Assembly (NCBI RefSeq): GCF_028641065.1
Contig: NC_073385.1
Location: 46,810,001 to 46,874,000, forward strand
Length of the DNA: 64,000 bases
Reading direction: 5' to 3'
Origin: Leucoraja erinacea
Lineage: Eukaryota
A program made the position numbers and the translations under genes. This document shows, one piece after another, positions 12,250-23,713 of the stretch. The notes beneath the pieces were generated by a model. That model was not told the DNA's origin and ran no database searches. It saw nothing but the letters and a program-made list of their open reading frames with translations. Each line of letters opens with the position of its first letter. Position 1 is the stretch's first letter.

Positions 12250-13358
12250 ATATAACTATAAAACTGATCTTGGATGTTTGTGTGTGATTCGCATCTTCTC
12301 GAAAAAACAAAGCGTAAACGGTAACATTTTTACATATCCGAGATTTATGCCGTGAAGTCAAAAATCGCTTTATCTGAAAATTTGTCATTATTTCTCGAGT
12401 TATTAATCAAAATGTTCAAGAATCTGAAATAACTTTGAAAATAAAACCGAGCGGCTTTGGCTAATGTCACAATGCCTCTACGTGCTGTCCTCGCTCGGGT
12501 CCACGCTTGCCCACAGCCTCGCTTGGGCCCAGCGCCTGGTGGGGAGACTGCTGCAAAGGGCCGAGCCTGGCTCAACGCCCGCCTTGGGGTCCTAGGGATC
12601 GACGCCTGCTCGCCCACGGCCTCCCTCGAGTCCACGTCCGCCCGCAGCCTCCTTTGGGTCGACGATCGGCCACCCTCTCGCTCGGGGTCCTCGGGTCGAC
12701 ATGCCCGCCCACCCGCAGCCTCGCTTGGGTCCATGCCCCTCCTCCCGCAGACTCAGACTGCCCGGTGCCTGGTGGGCAGGCTGCTTCTCTACCACCTTGG
12801 TAGGTGCTGCCTCTACCCCTTCCCCCTGGGTTTCCCCTCCCCCCTCCACTCCACTCCTCCTCCCTCCCCCTCCCCCCTCCCCCTTCCCCCTCTACCTACC
12901 TCTGGTAGGTGCCCCTCTACCCCTTCCCCCTCTACCTCATCCCCCTCTGCCCCCCATCCCCTCTCTACCCCTCTCTCCCCCTCTACCCCCCCCTCTCTAC
13001 CCCTTGCCCCCCCCCTCTACCCCCCCCCTCTCCCCTCCTCCCCTCTACTGCCCCCTCCCTCTCTACCCCCCTCGCCCTCTACCTCCTCCCCTCTCGCACC
13101 CCCCTCTCTACCTCATGCCCCCTCGCTCTCTGCCCCCCCCCCTCGCTCTCTGCCCCCCCCTCGCTCTCTGCCCCCCCCCCTCGCCCTCGGCCCCCCCTCG
13201 CCCTCTCCCCCCCCCCCCCCCCTCTGGCCCCCCCCCTCTCTCTGCCCCCCCCTCCCTCTCTGCCCCCCCCCCCCCCCCCCCTGCCCCCCCCTCTCTGCCC
13301 CTCCCTCCCTCTCTGCCCCTCCCTCCCCCTGCCCCCTCCCTCTCTGACCCCCCTTAGT
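12250..13358 (+). mobile_element. Putative non-autonomous Helitron-like element with GC-rich and C-rich interior
   Basis: Starts tatataactataaaactgatcttgg, similar to the 5' ends of the elements at 26094, 29044 and 31280; ends ...ccccttagt. No clear terminal hairpin. Confidence 0.4.
12810..13350. repeat. C-rich low-complexity minisatellite-like tract (G-runs on the - strand)
   Basis: Repeated ctctctacccc / ctctctgcccccc units. Confidence 0.9.
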
Positions 13359-13869
13359 TGCATGTTTTCTTATAGGATGCGGATGTCGATGACTCCACTA
13401 ATCCAATGATCCTTCCACCCACCCAGCATAAAATTGAGATTACAACCTTAGCTACCTATGCAGCAACACATGTAAAGCCACATTAATTCACCACACTTAT
13501 CCTTACTAATTTACTTATCTGCCCAGTTTCTTAATACCTTCAATGCAATATGGTTATTCCTGTGCATAAATTCCCTCAAGATTACACCTTTTCATAACAT
13601 TCCCTTCATAGAGTTTTTATAACTTTCTGACATCAAGATCTTCCTCTCCTGATTGGTCTTTTGTTCATTTGCATTTGTCCCATTGTGAGTTGGCGAGTTA
13701 TCCTTCAGTTCTTTCAGCTCTACATTTTGATATTCCATGCCCATAGTCTATTTTTATCTCCTTTTTTGCTAGGGTTCTCCTTAAAATTCATCTCCCTAAC
13801 TAAGCATAGACTCACTATTTTAAATGCCTCCTCCTTTATCTCAGAATTTGTCTGCCCAAATATCAAATA

Positions 13870-14640
13870 TAAACCCAAAATGCTGGAAATACTTAACATG
13901 TCAGGCAGCCTCAATGGGTCAGAAGGAACTGCAGACGCTGGTTTAAACTGAAGATAGACATAAAATGCTGGAGTAACTCAGCAGGACAGGCAGCATCTCT
14001 GGAGAGAAGGAATAGGTGATGTTTTGGGTGAAGACCCTTCTTAGTCAGGAGAAAGGGAAACGAGCAATAAAGACAGTGATGTTGAGAGATATAGAACAAA
14101 TGAATGAAATATATGCAAAAAAAGTAACAATGATAAAGGGATCAGGCCATTGTCAGCTGTTTGCTAGCTGAGAATGGAAACCTGATGCGACTTGCGTGGG
14201 GGAAGGATGCAGAGGGAGTGTAGGGGTCACTTGAAATTAGAGAAATCAGATTCATTCATAAGCTGCCCAAGCGAAATATGAAATGCTGTTCCTCCAATTT
14301 GTAATTAGCATCACTCTGACAATGGAGGAGGCCTAGGATAGAAAGATCAGTGTGGGAATGGGAAGCAGAATTAAAGTGTTTGGCAACTGGGAGATCAAGT
14401 AGGTCCAGGAGGACTGAGCGAAGGTGTTCAGTAAAGCGATCGCCCAGTCTAAGTTTTGTCTCGCCGACGGGGAACCCTCCATTACCAGAGAATGAGGACA
14501 TCTCGGATGTCCTGGTACGGAACACCTCATTTTGGGTGCAGATGTGGTGTTGACAGAGGAACTGGGAGTAGGGGATAGAGTCTTTGCAGGAGGCAGGGTG
14601 GGAAGAAGTGTAGTCTAGATAGCTGTGGGAGTCAGTAGGC
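13870..14640 (-). mobile_element. Penelope-like (PLE) retroelement fragment with GIY-YIG endonuclease and terminal repeat
   Basis: ORF 14256-14705(-): SHSYLDYTSSHPASCKDSIPYSQFL...GETKLRLGDRFTEHLRSV...PVAKHFNSASHS...KLEEQHFIFRLGSL, followed by the terminal repeat with a degenerate hammerhead motif. Confidence 0.85.
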
Positions 14641-14659
14641 AACCAGGTAAGAGGACCAG

Positions 14660-14866
14660 GTACTCGCTGTCTGTACAGAATTTTATACGGTCTCCCTGTG
14701 ACCACATGGGATTTCTCCGAGTTCTCCAGCTTCCTCTCTCAATACAAAGATGTACAGGTTTGTAGGTTAATTGGCTTATGTAAATTGTCCCTAGTGTACA
14801 GGATAGAACTAGTGTATGGGTGATCGTTGATCGACGTGGACAAGGTGGGCTGAAGGTAAACTAAAC
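14660..14866 (+). mobile_element. V-SINE/HE1-like SINE, 5'-truncated
   Basis: Homologous to the full copy at 27434-27729; ends taaactaaac. Confidence 0.7.
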
Positions 14867-15432
14867 CATTGTATATTGGTGGTCTCTATACTTTAGCTCT
14901 AAATGCTGTCTAAAGTTCCATACCTTATACAAAAGGAGAGAGGGTAATCTGGATCATAGCATAAAATGTGTGGGTCTTTCCCTCCATTTGAATGGTGAAA
15001 GATTGATTGAATAAGTATTTTTTGTGTGAGTGATTCTTTTGCTCCACAACTGCCTGTTTGCTGAAAAATACAATGTTTAAAATTCTATTTCAAATATAAA
15101 TCAGAATCTTGGGCAGTCTATTTAACCTATTGACAGCAATAAAATTGAACATTTAAGCTGACTCCATTTGTGCCCTCTGCATTTCACAATGTCAGAACAA
15201 TCAATGGTGTTATAAATCATCGAGCATTCATAGTTTGTCATTTTTTTAATATCTAATTTCTTGACATGAGCAATCATTTAATCGCCCAAGTGATGAAAAT
15301 AATACAATGATCATTAAGTAAAACCCAAGGTCAATTGATGGCCCTTTTCTTGATTATCATTGTGAATATTTACAAGGTAATTTTATCTTAATAAATCAGA
15401 ACTAATTGCATTTAATTGGTTACATTAAACTG

Positions 15433-15734
15433 AAATTTAGCAGCCAACAGGGGACCTACAGAAAATACATGCATGCATGTATACAAAATAATTCTAAATT
15501 GGTGCCACTATTTTAATATACTTCCACTTTCTGAAATTAATTTTGTAAATTAAACTGTGATATCATCTCTAAAGCACTACCGTGCTGGGTGATCGACAGG
15601 CATGCATATATATAATGGCAATTCTTTTGCAGCTGAAGTAAAAAATTGGAATATATTGTCATACATATTTGGAAATTATTTTGTATAATTGCATGCATAT
15701 ATTCTGTGTAGGTTCTCTGTTGGCTGATAAATTT
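15433..15734. repeat. Degenerate long inverted repeat (old MITE-like hairpin)
   Basis: aaatttagcagccaacagggacctacagaaaatacatgcatgcatgtatacaaaataatt pairs with aattattttgtataattgcatgcatatattctgtgtaggttctctgttggctgataaattt. Confidence 0.75.
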
Positions 15735-16230
15735 AATTTACATATAATTTAACAACTTTTAACTTATTTTATGAGTCAATGGAAGATGACCAAGTTCTAA
15801 TTTAACCTAACATTTTCACCAAGGCTGTCTATTTAAAGTCTCCCAAATTGAAGCCACATTTCACCTGGCTGATAGAAAATCCAATTATCAGGTTTTTTTT
15901 CACTCAGTTATTTTATATTGTACAATACGTTTCAGATATGAATTCATCCATTATTAACCACTGTTACATTCAGTAAATGTGAACCCAGAGACATTATGCA
16001 TTATGATTTTAAAGGAGTATGGTTTCTAGAATTGTTCCCTTTAATATAGAATATTTCTATAATAGTATTGCCACTTTCATTTCACTGCACATCTCGTATG
16101 GGGAGAAATTATTTAAAATAAACTCTCAGATTTGGTAAAACAGAAATTGCATTTAAAATATCAAAGTGAAATTTACCTGTGATTTTGCTTAAATGTTGTT
16201 ACTTCACAAAATCATTTTCTTTTGTTTCAG

Positions 16231-16317
16231 AATTATCTAGCCAGGAATTTCTACAATTTGAGGTTACTAGCTCTATTTGTGGCATTTGCGATCAATTTCA
16301 TTCTACTCTTCTACAAG
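16231..16317 (+). CDS. RYR3: RYR3 exon (S1 helix): [29 protein letters not shown]
   Basis: tttcag acceptor, gtacag donor; 87 nt; symmetric phase 0. Confidence 0.96.
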
Positions 16318-16609
16318 GTACAGAAAAGAGTATTATTTATTTTTTTGCTGCCCTTATTACTGGTGCTTTGCAATATATACAACATGCAACTGTATAAAAG
16401 TAAGAAAAGGTTCCATATTCAGCAGAATAGAAAGATTGCAATAACAATATGTTCCTCCCCATCAAACACCAGAGGAGATTAAATGAATTGGATCATGCAG
16501 GTTAATGGTGCTTGTGCTGAAAATACTAATGAAATTTAAAGCATAGAGCAGTTTCGGTCTCAACAATACCAAGGAGCTTCATGATTGCAAAAGATCAGCT
16601 AAAGATCAG

Positions 16610-17000
16610 GTAGACACAAAATGCTGGAGTAAACTCAGTGGGTCAGGTAGCATCCCTGGAGAATCTGGATAGGTAACATTTCGTGTCGAGACCCTCCTTC
16701 AGATCTTCCGATCCGAAACGTCACCCATCTATGTTCTCCAGGGATGTTGTATCTAAGTTTGGAAAAACCAGCATCTGCAGTTCCTTGTGTAGGAAGGAAC
16801 TGCAGATGCTGGTTTAAACCGAAGATAGACACAAAACTCTGGAGTAACTCAGTGGGTCAGACAGCATCTCTGGAAAAAAGGAAAAGGTGATGTTTCAGGA
16901 CGAGTCGACCTGAAATTTCACATTCCTTTTCTCTAGAGTTTCTGTCTGACCCATTGAGTTACTCCAGATTTTTGTGTCCATCCGTAGTTCCTTGCTTCTA
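16610..17000. mobile_element. Cluster of four Penelope-like terminal repeats in alternating orientation
   Basis: Approximately - (16610-16702), + (16705-16790), - (16790-16900), + (16905-17000). Confidence 0.7.
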
Positions 17001-18559
17001 CTTAAAGAACAGGTAATTGAAATTCCCACAGAAGAACTTCCCACAGTAGGACCTGGCTTGGGGGGGTCTGCCGTGAGAGAGGTGGGAGGGAGAACAATGG
17101 ACATGGGGGGGAAAGACAAAGGACAATGGGGACCCGGCGTGGGGGAACTGCTGAGCGAGGACTAAAGGGGGATCTTTTGTCAGCGCCGAAGGTGGCCGCT
17201 ATTTGTATACATTGTGTATGCAAGCAAAGGATTTCACTGTGCCTAGTCACGTGTGACAATAAAGTATTCCTATTCCTAACTGCTAGAATTCGCGGAAAAG
17301 TAATTAATAGGGATTTGCCAAATGATAACTGCATCTAATGACTGGTAATGTTTAAAGAGGGAATAAATGTATGCCTTATATTTCCAGACAATTGAGGTGC
17401 TAATTTGAATGACAAGACAATGGAAATTCAACATGACATAATATAAATTCAAATAATTCTTAAATAACACCAATATATTATATTTTATGAATACTTAAAT
17501 ATTTTAATGCTACTATCAATTGGCTTTTTTATCTCTGAAGATTATATTATCTGACACATTTCAGAAGAAAATCAAGCTTAATTTCACATAGATTATACTG
17601 TAATTAATTATTTTACGTTATGTATCCAAGTAATTTGGGAGCAGACAAAAAAATGGTGCCTTTTTGGAAACGACAGGTCAGTGTGGACCCATTCCTCAAC
17701 TCCAGATTTGTTGACTGATCCAAAGATTCGTTGACTTAATTAGTTAGTAGCACAATTATTGTATCTTACATTTACTGAGATGATTGGAGGTTTACGGGTC
17801 AAATGTATATTTGTTTGCAACAAGCTATTCTTTTTCCTATGGTTCTAGAGTGGGAGAAGACATTACATCAGACATGACTGTGGTTACCCATGGTTAATGA
17901 AGAGATAACAGAGAGTAGGAATAATCAGGCCACATTTGGGCTGAGATATTCTGACTGCTGTGGAGTCGCATGAAGCTGTCCATGATTAATATCAATTATT
18001 TTAATGAATTGATAATGTAAAAGGTGATCCATGTTTTCCAATGATACAAAGCTGTGTGGCAGGGTGAGATCAAGGCAGAGTAGCTTCAGGAGAAAATGGA
18101 GAAATTATGTGAAGGTCAGGGCATGGCAGATGGAATACAGTCTGGAAAAATGTAAGGTCATCCACTTTGGAGCAGGCAAGAGGGCTGACCACCTACTTTT
18201 GCTTCTACTTCATATATTGTTATGACAAAGTCATTTAGATAACAACCATTGGAAAATATGAATACATTATACCCCATAGTAGACCTCAAATTTGTCCTGA
18301 TCGATATGCAGTATCTGCAACAATGCAAGAATGAATCCAGGAAATTGTAGGTCTATATTCTACGTCAAAATAACAGAAGGCAGCATCTCCTGAACATTGA
18401 ACGATTTTATTAAATATATGTCTATAAATAGGAACTGAATTTTCATAGCAGTGATATAAGGAGAATAGACAATAATGGAATTTTTAAATGAAAATAATTT
18501 CAGGTAATGGAAACATGTTTATCCTTTACAGAATGCAGACAAAAGCGCTGTTCAGTTGT

Positions 18560-19103
18560 TATAACCATATAACAATATAACAATTACAGCACGGAAACAG
18601 GCCATCTCGGCCCTACAAGTCCGTGCCGAACAACTTTTTTTCCCTTAGTCCCACCTGCCTGCACTCATACCATAACTCTCCATTCCCTTCTCATCCATAT
18701 GCCTATCCAATTTATTTTTAAATGATACCAACGAACCTGCCTCCACCACTTCCACTGGAAGCTCATTCCACACCGCTACCACTCTCTGAGTAAAGAAGTT
18801 CCCCCTCATGTTACCCCTAATCTTCTGTCCCTTAATTCTGAAGTCATGTCCTCTTGTTTGAATCTTCCCTATTCTCAAAGGGAAAAGCTTGTCCACATCA
18901 ACTCTGTCTATCCCTCTCATCATTTTAATGACTTCTATCAAGTCCCCCCTTAACCTTCTGCGCTCCAGAGAATAAAGACCTAACATTCAACCTATCTCTG
19001 TAACTTAGTTGTTGAAACCCAGGCAACATTCTAGCAAATCTCCTCTGTACTCTCTCTATTTTGTTGACATCCTTCCTATAATTGGGCGACCAAAATTGTA
19101 CAA
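18560..19103 (-). mobile_element. CR1 LINE 3' fragment (young; same subfamily as 43490-45474)
   Basis: ORF 18645-18986: [18 protein letters not shown]...FFTQRVVAVWNELP; tail ttatatggtta. Confidence 0.92.
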
Positions 19104-19238
19104 AATTATATAGTTTAAAATATCAGGAATAATTTAATTTGATTAAATGCAGAATTTTTTATCGGATTTGAAGCAATAAATGCTTGGCCACAAAACAAAA
19201 ATATTTACATTCCAGAAATATTTTTTCTCTATTCCAAG

Positions 19239-19415
19239 GTGACCGAGCCTCCAGCTGATGAAGAAGAAGCGGATTTCAGTTTCTGGAATGATGACAAGGT
19301 GGATTTCTACGTGTTGCAGGAGACTACAGGATACATGGCCCCAACGCTAACATTTCTTGCACTTATTCACACAATCATCTCAATGCTTTGTATCATTGGC
19401 TACTACATATTGAAG
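19239..19415 (+). CDS. RYR3: RYR3 exon (S1-S2 loop and S2): VTEPPADEEE...GYMAPTLTFLALIHTIISMLCIIGYYILK
   Basis: tccaag acceptor, gtatag donor; 177 nt. Confidence 0.94.
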
Positions 19416-19477
19416 GTATAGTACAACATCTTTCAAGCTCTCCTACTTTGAAAAACATCATAAAAACACATCATTCA

Positions 19478-20508
19478 GACTTGAGGCATGTGACTAGTGG
19501 TGTACCTCGGGGAGTGGTGCTGGGTCCATTGCTGGTTGTGGTTTACATCAATGATTTGTATGAAAATGTACAAGCCAGAATTAGTAAGTTTGCTGATGAT
19601 ACCAAAGTGGGTGGTATTGTAGATAGAGAAGTTGGTTATCGAAAATTACAGTAGGATCTTGATCAGTTGGGTAAATGGGCTGAGGAATGGTTAATGGAGT
19701 TTAATGCAAATAAGTGAAAGGTGTTGAATTTTGGGAAATCAAAGCAATGGAAAATATTTAATAGCAACCTTTACAGTGAATGGCAAGGCCCTGGGTTGTA
19801 GAGCAGAGGGAATTAAGAGTGCAGGTACATAGTTTCCTGAAAGTGGCGTCACAGGTAGCTAGGGTGGTCAAGAAGTCGTTTGGTACATTGGCCTTCTGGG
19901 TATTGAGTATAGAAGTTGGGATGTTATGTTACAGCTGTCAAGACATTGGTGAGGCCGCACTTAGAGTATTGTGTTCAGTTTTTGTCACCCTGCTATAGGA
20001 ATTACGTTGTTAAGTTGGAAAGAGCAGGTAGAAGATTTACGAGGATGTAGCCAGCACTTGAGGGCCTGTGCTATAGGGAGAAGTTGGGCAGGCTAAGACT
20101 TTATTCCTTTAACTTCTGGAGATTATGAGGTGATCTAACAGAAGTGTGTATAAAATCATGTGGGGAATAGATAGGGTGAATGCACAGGTTTCAGATTATT
20201 TTACCCAGGCTAGGTGAATCAAGAACCAGAGGACATAAGTTTAAGATAATAGGGAAAAGATTTAATAGCAACCTGATAGGCAACTTTTTTTACTCAGAGG
20301 ATGGTGTGTATATGGAATGAGCTGCCAGAGGAGATAGTTGACGCAGGTACAATAACAACATTTTATACACACAAACAGGTATACTGATAGGAAAGGTTTA
20401 GAGGAATAGACCAAATGAGGGCAAATGGAACCAGCTTAGATGGGGCATCTTAGTCAGCATGGATGTATTTGGTCAAAGGGCCTGTTTCCCTGCTGTATGA
20501 TTCTATGG
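19478..20508 (+). mobile_element. CR1 LINE, degenerate 3' kilobase
   Basis: [31 protein letters not shown] followed by a CR1 3' UTR. Confidence 0.88.
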
Positions 20509-21199
20509 CTTTTACTAGGATTAGCGGATGCAGCAAAATGGTATTTGCATGATTCATAATAAAGATGCTCTCAACCACAAACAATAAGAAGCAAAACAAA
20601 TAGTGTTCTCATATGTTGCGATGCAAAGGGGTTAGCATCCAGTTAAATCCTTCAGAACATGAGCACCGCCAGTCCTTGCATTCTTGTAAACTTTTGCTTC
20701 AGTATCATTGTTCAGTACATATCCTTTAGGTCATAGAGCAGAACAGCCTAGGCCCTATCGGCCCACAATAAATGTCCCTAACATGCTGCCAATACTAACT
20801 CTATTCTGCTTGCACATAATCCATATCCCACCATCCACTGCACGGGAGGAATATTTTGATATGCCGTAGTATTATAATTCTTGTCTTAGCCAGAGAATGA
20901 TGCTTCGCCTCAGACTTACCCATTGCTGCCTTTGGATTCCCCCCAAAATCTATCCTTTTCTCCACTTCTGTACATTCTCAAAGCAAAATATAAGGAATGT
21001 TAACTATATATTCCTCTCCACCTAACCTGTTCACTGCCTGTTATCAAACTCAATTTCCATATTTGTTCCAGAAGAGACCATTTTTTCTTCCACTTAAAAA
21101 TGGGGGAGACTGAAGCCTTTGTCTATCATCCCTGCCATTACTCTTATGAATTCTATTGCCCTCCCTTGCTGTTCTCGAAGATACATTTGTAACCATGGC

Positions 21200-21323
21200 T
21201 TCTTCTTCTTGCGTATGGTGTGCACAGCCTAAAGTTGTAGGACAGCTTGTTCTATTTGATCTTATTTGATTGTGCACGCCAGGTTGATTGCATTTGTCGA
21301 AACGGGTTGCAATTTCCCACCCC
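21200..21323 (-). mobile_element. Short non-autonomous retroposon with (GAA)n tail
   Basis: 11-bp target duplication gtaaccatggc at 21189 and 21324; second copy at 62455-62587. Confidence 0.85.
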
Positions 21324-21539
21324 GTAACCATGGCAAACCACTTGAACTGAGCTACTGAACCTTAGTTTTCTTTATTTAAAATGCTGTTTATTTCAATGTA
21401 AATAATGTTACCTGCCTCCATGCCTGCCGTAATCCACTTGCTGGTGAAACCCTCATCCATGTTTTGTTGCACCCACGCTTTCTTGGTCAGCCTTTTTCTG
21501 TCACTTTGGTTAAATTTGATTTTATGCAATCTATGCACA

Positions 21540-21940
21540 AATGTGCACAGTCCCCTTCCACTTACACTCCTCTGTATGGTTACATTCCCAGTATGCTAGT
21601 ATCTCAATTTTAAAATTCCTTTTCAAGAGCTTAATCATTGGCTTCACTCTTGTCCTTTCATATCTCTGTAATCTGCAACAGCCTTCTGAGAACTTTGTTC
21701 CTCCTATTTGCAGCCTTTGTGCATCTATTTTTTCTTTGCCCCAGTACTGATAGCCTCCAGACCCCAAATCTTGAATTTGTACCCAAAACCCTATGTCTCC
21801 CCACCACCCTCTTGATCTTTAGGGACCTCCATTAGCTACTTTTCTTAATGTTCTTTATTTCACTTAGACCAATTTCACTGTTCTCAATTTCATTGCAGTA
21901 TGCTTACGATAAAGGTATTTCCTAAATGCAGGTTGTTATT
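21540..21940 (+). mobile_element. Old L2-like LINE 3' fragment
   Basis: Degenerate cactcctctgtatggttac...tatctctgtaatct...taaatgcaggttgttatt resembles L2 3' ends (from recall only). Confidence 0.45.
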
Positions 21941-22117
21941 GCGATAACGTCAATTCTAAATATTGACTAATGATATCTTCCACTACCCCAAAGGTTGAAA
22001 GCCTAGATTTTACAATAATGTATGCAGCTTATGCTGAAAAATTCTTATTATTTTATTACAAAGATCTTTGCGCAACTGTATACGGGAAACTGATTTCTTG
22101 ATTTAAAATCTTCAAAG

Positions 22118-22248
22118 GTCCCTCTTGTAGTTTTCAAGCGTGAAAAGGAAATTGCCAGAACGCTGGAGTTTGATGGTCTGTACATAACAGAGCAGCCGTC
22201 TGATGATGACATTAAAGGACAGTGGGATCGTCTTGTCATCAACACGCC
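22118..22248 (+). CDS. RYR3: RYR3 exon (S2-S3): [43 protein letters not shown](P)
   Basis: tcaaag acceptor, gtatgt donor; 131 nt. Confidence 0.96.
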
Positions 22249-22839
22249 GTATGTAAAACAAAAAGCACCATTCACAAAATGGAGTTTGTAGGTCCACACA
22301 TAAACATGAGTAATGTCCATTTGGATTCATCAGTTGCAATATGGAAAGAGAGCTGTGGTTCTTAAGAGTTTTGTATTATCAAATGTCTTTACTTTTGGTC
22401 TCTCTGGACTGCAGAACAATTGATGGATAGATAGCTCACTCACAGATGTCCACCATAACTCAATGAACAGAGAAGAGCAGAGGTTGATGCTCTATCATTC
22501 CTTCCATCCTTCTGTTCTCTACTTGTCATTCCTCCCACAGCAGTACAGAGCAGAAAAGGTCATTCACATCCAATGACTCCATAGAATAACCATTTCTGTA
22601 TTACTCATTGAAAATGCCTGCGCATTCTTATGCACCATGCACCAGTCGTTATATACTCAGTCTCTGAGTATATAACGTTCGCAGTTCACAGATCCATACA
22701 CTGGGGGCCCTATCTCAATGTTTTCTGAACTACTATGTCTGTATCCATGAACTTGTTGAAAAAAGTACTACTGTCTGTATTAATATGGTGATTCGTTTCC
22801 CAACAACTTGTGGCAAGTGCTCCTCACTACACTACTGTA

Positions 22840-23300
22840 ATCCAGAACAACGCTTCATATGCCGCTTGGGTAGCCTGGAACCTAACAGTATGAACATTGA
22901 ATATACCAATTTGAAGCAATATTTGCCCTAGCAACTTGCCCCCACCCTGATGTACACACATTTTCCCCACCATCACTCACCACCCTAGTCATCCTGCTCA
23001 TTTCCCCTCTTTCTTGTGCTCAATTTCCCTGTTCCTTACGCTTATCTCCCATCCTCATCCCAGATTTATCCCTTTTTTACCCTCACTCAATCTCATTTTA
23101 CCTATATCCCTCCCTCCAGCTTTACATTTCACATTTCCTCGTCTTTCCTTAGCTGACACCCTCTTGTCTCCTTAGTCAGCCCCCCCCGCCCAATTGTTAG
23201 GTTTTTCCTAATCCCCACCTCTGTCTATCAGTTTACCCACCACCACCCCCGCATCATCAATCTGTCTGATGCTGTCTGACCCTCTAATTCCCCCAGCACT
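22840..23300 (+). mobile_element. Degenerate Penelope-like 3' fragment
   Basis: gaacaacgcttcatatgccgcttgggtagcctg...tatgaacattgaa, then a pyrimidine-rich tail and terminal-repeat remnant. Confidence 0.55.
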
Positions 23301-23670
23301 TTATTTTAATGCAGCATTTTTTATTCTTCTTATTTAGACCTTGTGTTTTTAAAGCCCATCACTGCTTGTAAATTCCTATGAAATTTGTTGTAGCTAATAT
23401 CATTTCCTTTTAGGTATTTAAATGTTTTAATGTGTTTATCAACCAAATACTATGCCTTCATACACATTATCCAATTTTCCTTTATTTTGTCTTCAGTGGG
23501 TGTACAAAATCTCAACCAAAATCATGTCACTAGTTTTTCCCATCACAAAGTGAATTTTACTTCTGATGGGTGGTAGTGAGTGTGCATTGAATTTAAATAG
23601 TTAATAGAAACTAGACCTCAGTTGAATGACACAAAGGTTAATGAACCAACAATTTCCTATATGATTACAG

Positions 23671-23713
23671 ATCTTTCCCTAATAATTACTGGGACAAGTT
23701 TGTCAAAAGAAAG
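23671..23713 (+). CDS. RYR3: RYR3 exon: SFPNNYWDKFVKRK
   Basis: ttacag acceptor, gtaagc donor; 43 nt; caffeine-site Trp (RyR1 W4716 equivalent). Confidence 0.95.

Noticed and set aside
12457-13409. Long proline-rich ORFs (296, 218 and 166 aa)
   Set aside because: Translation of a C-rich low-complexity tract, open in several frames, inside an intron.
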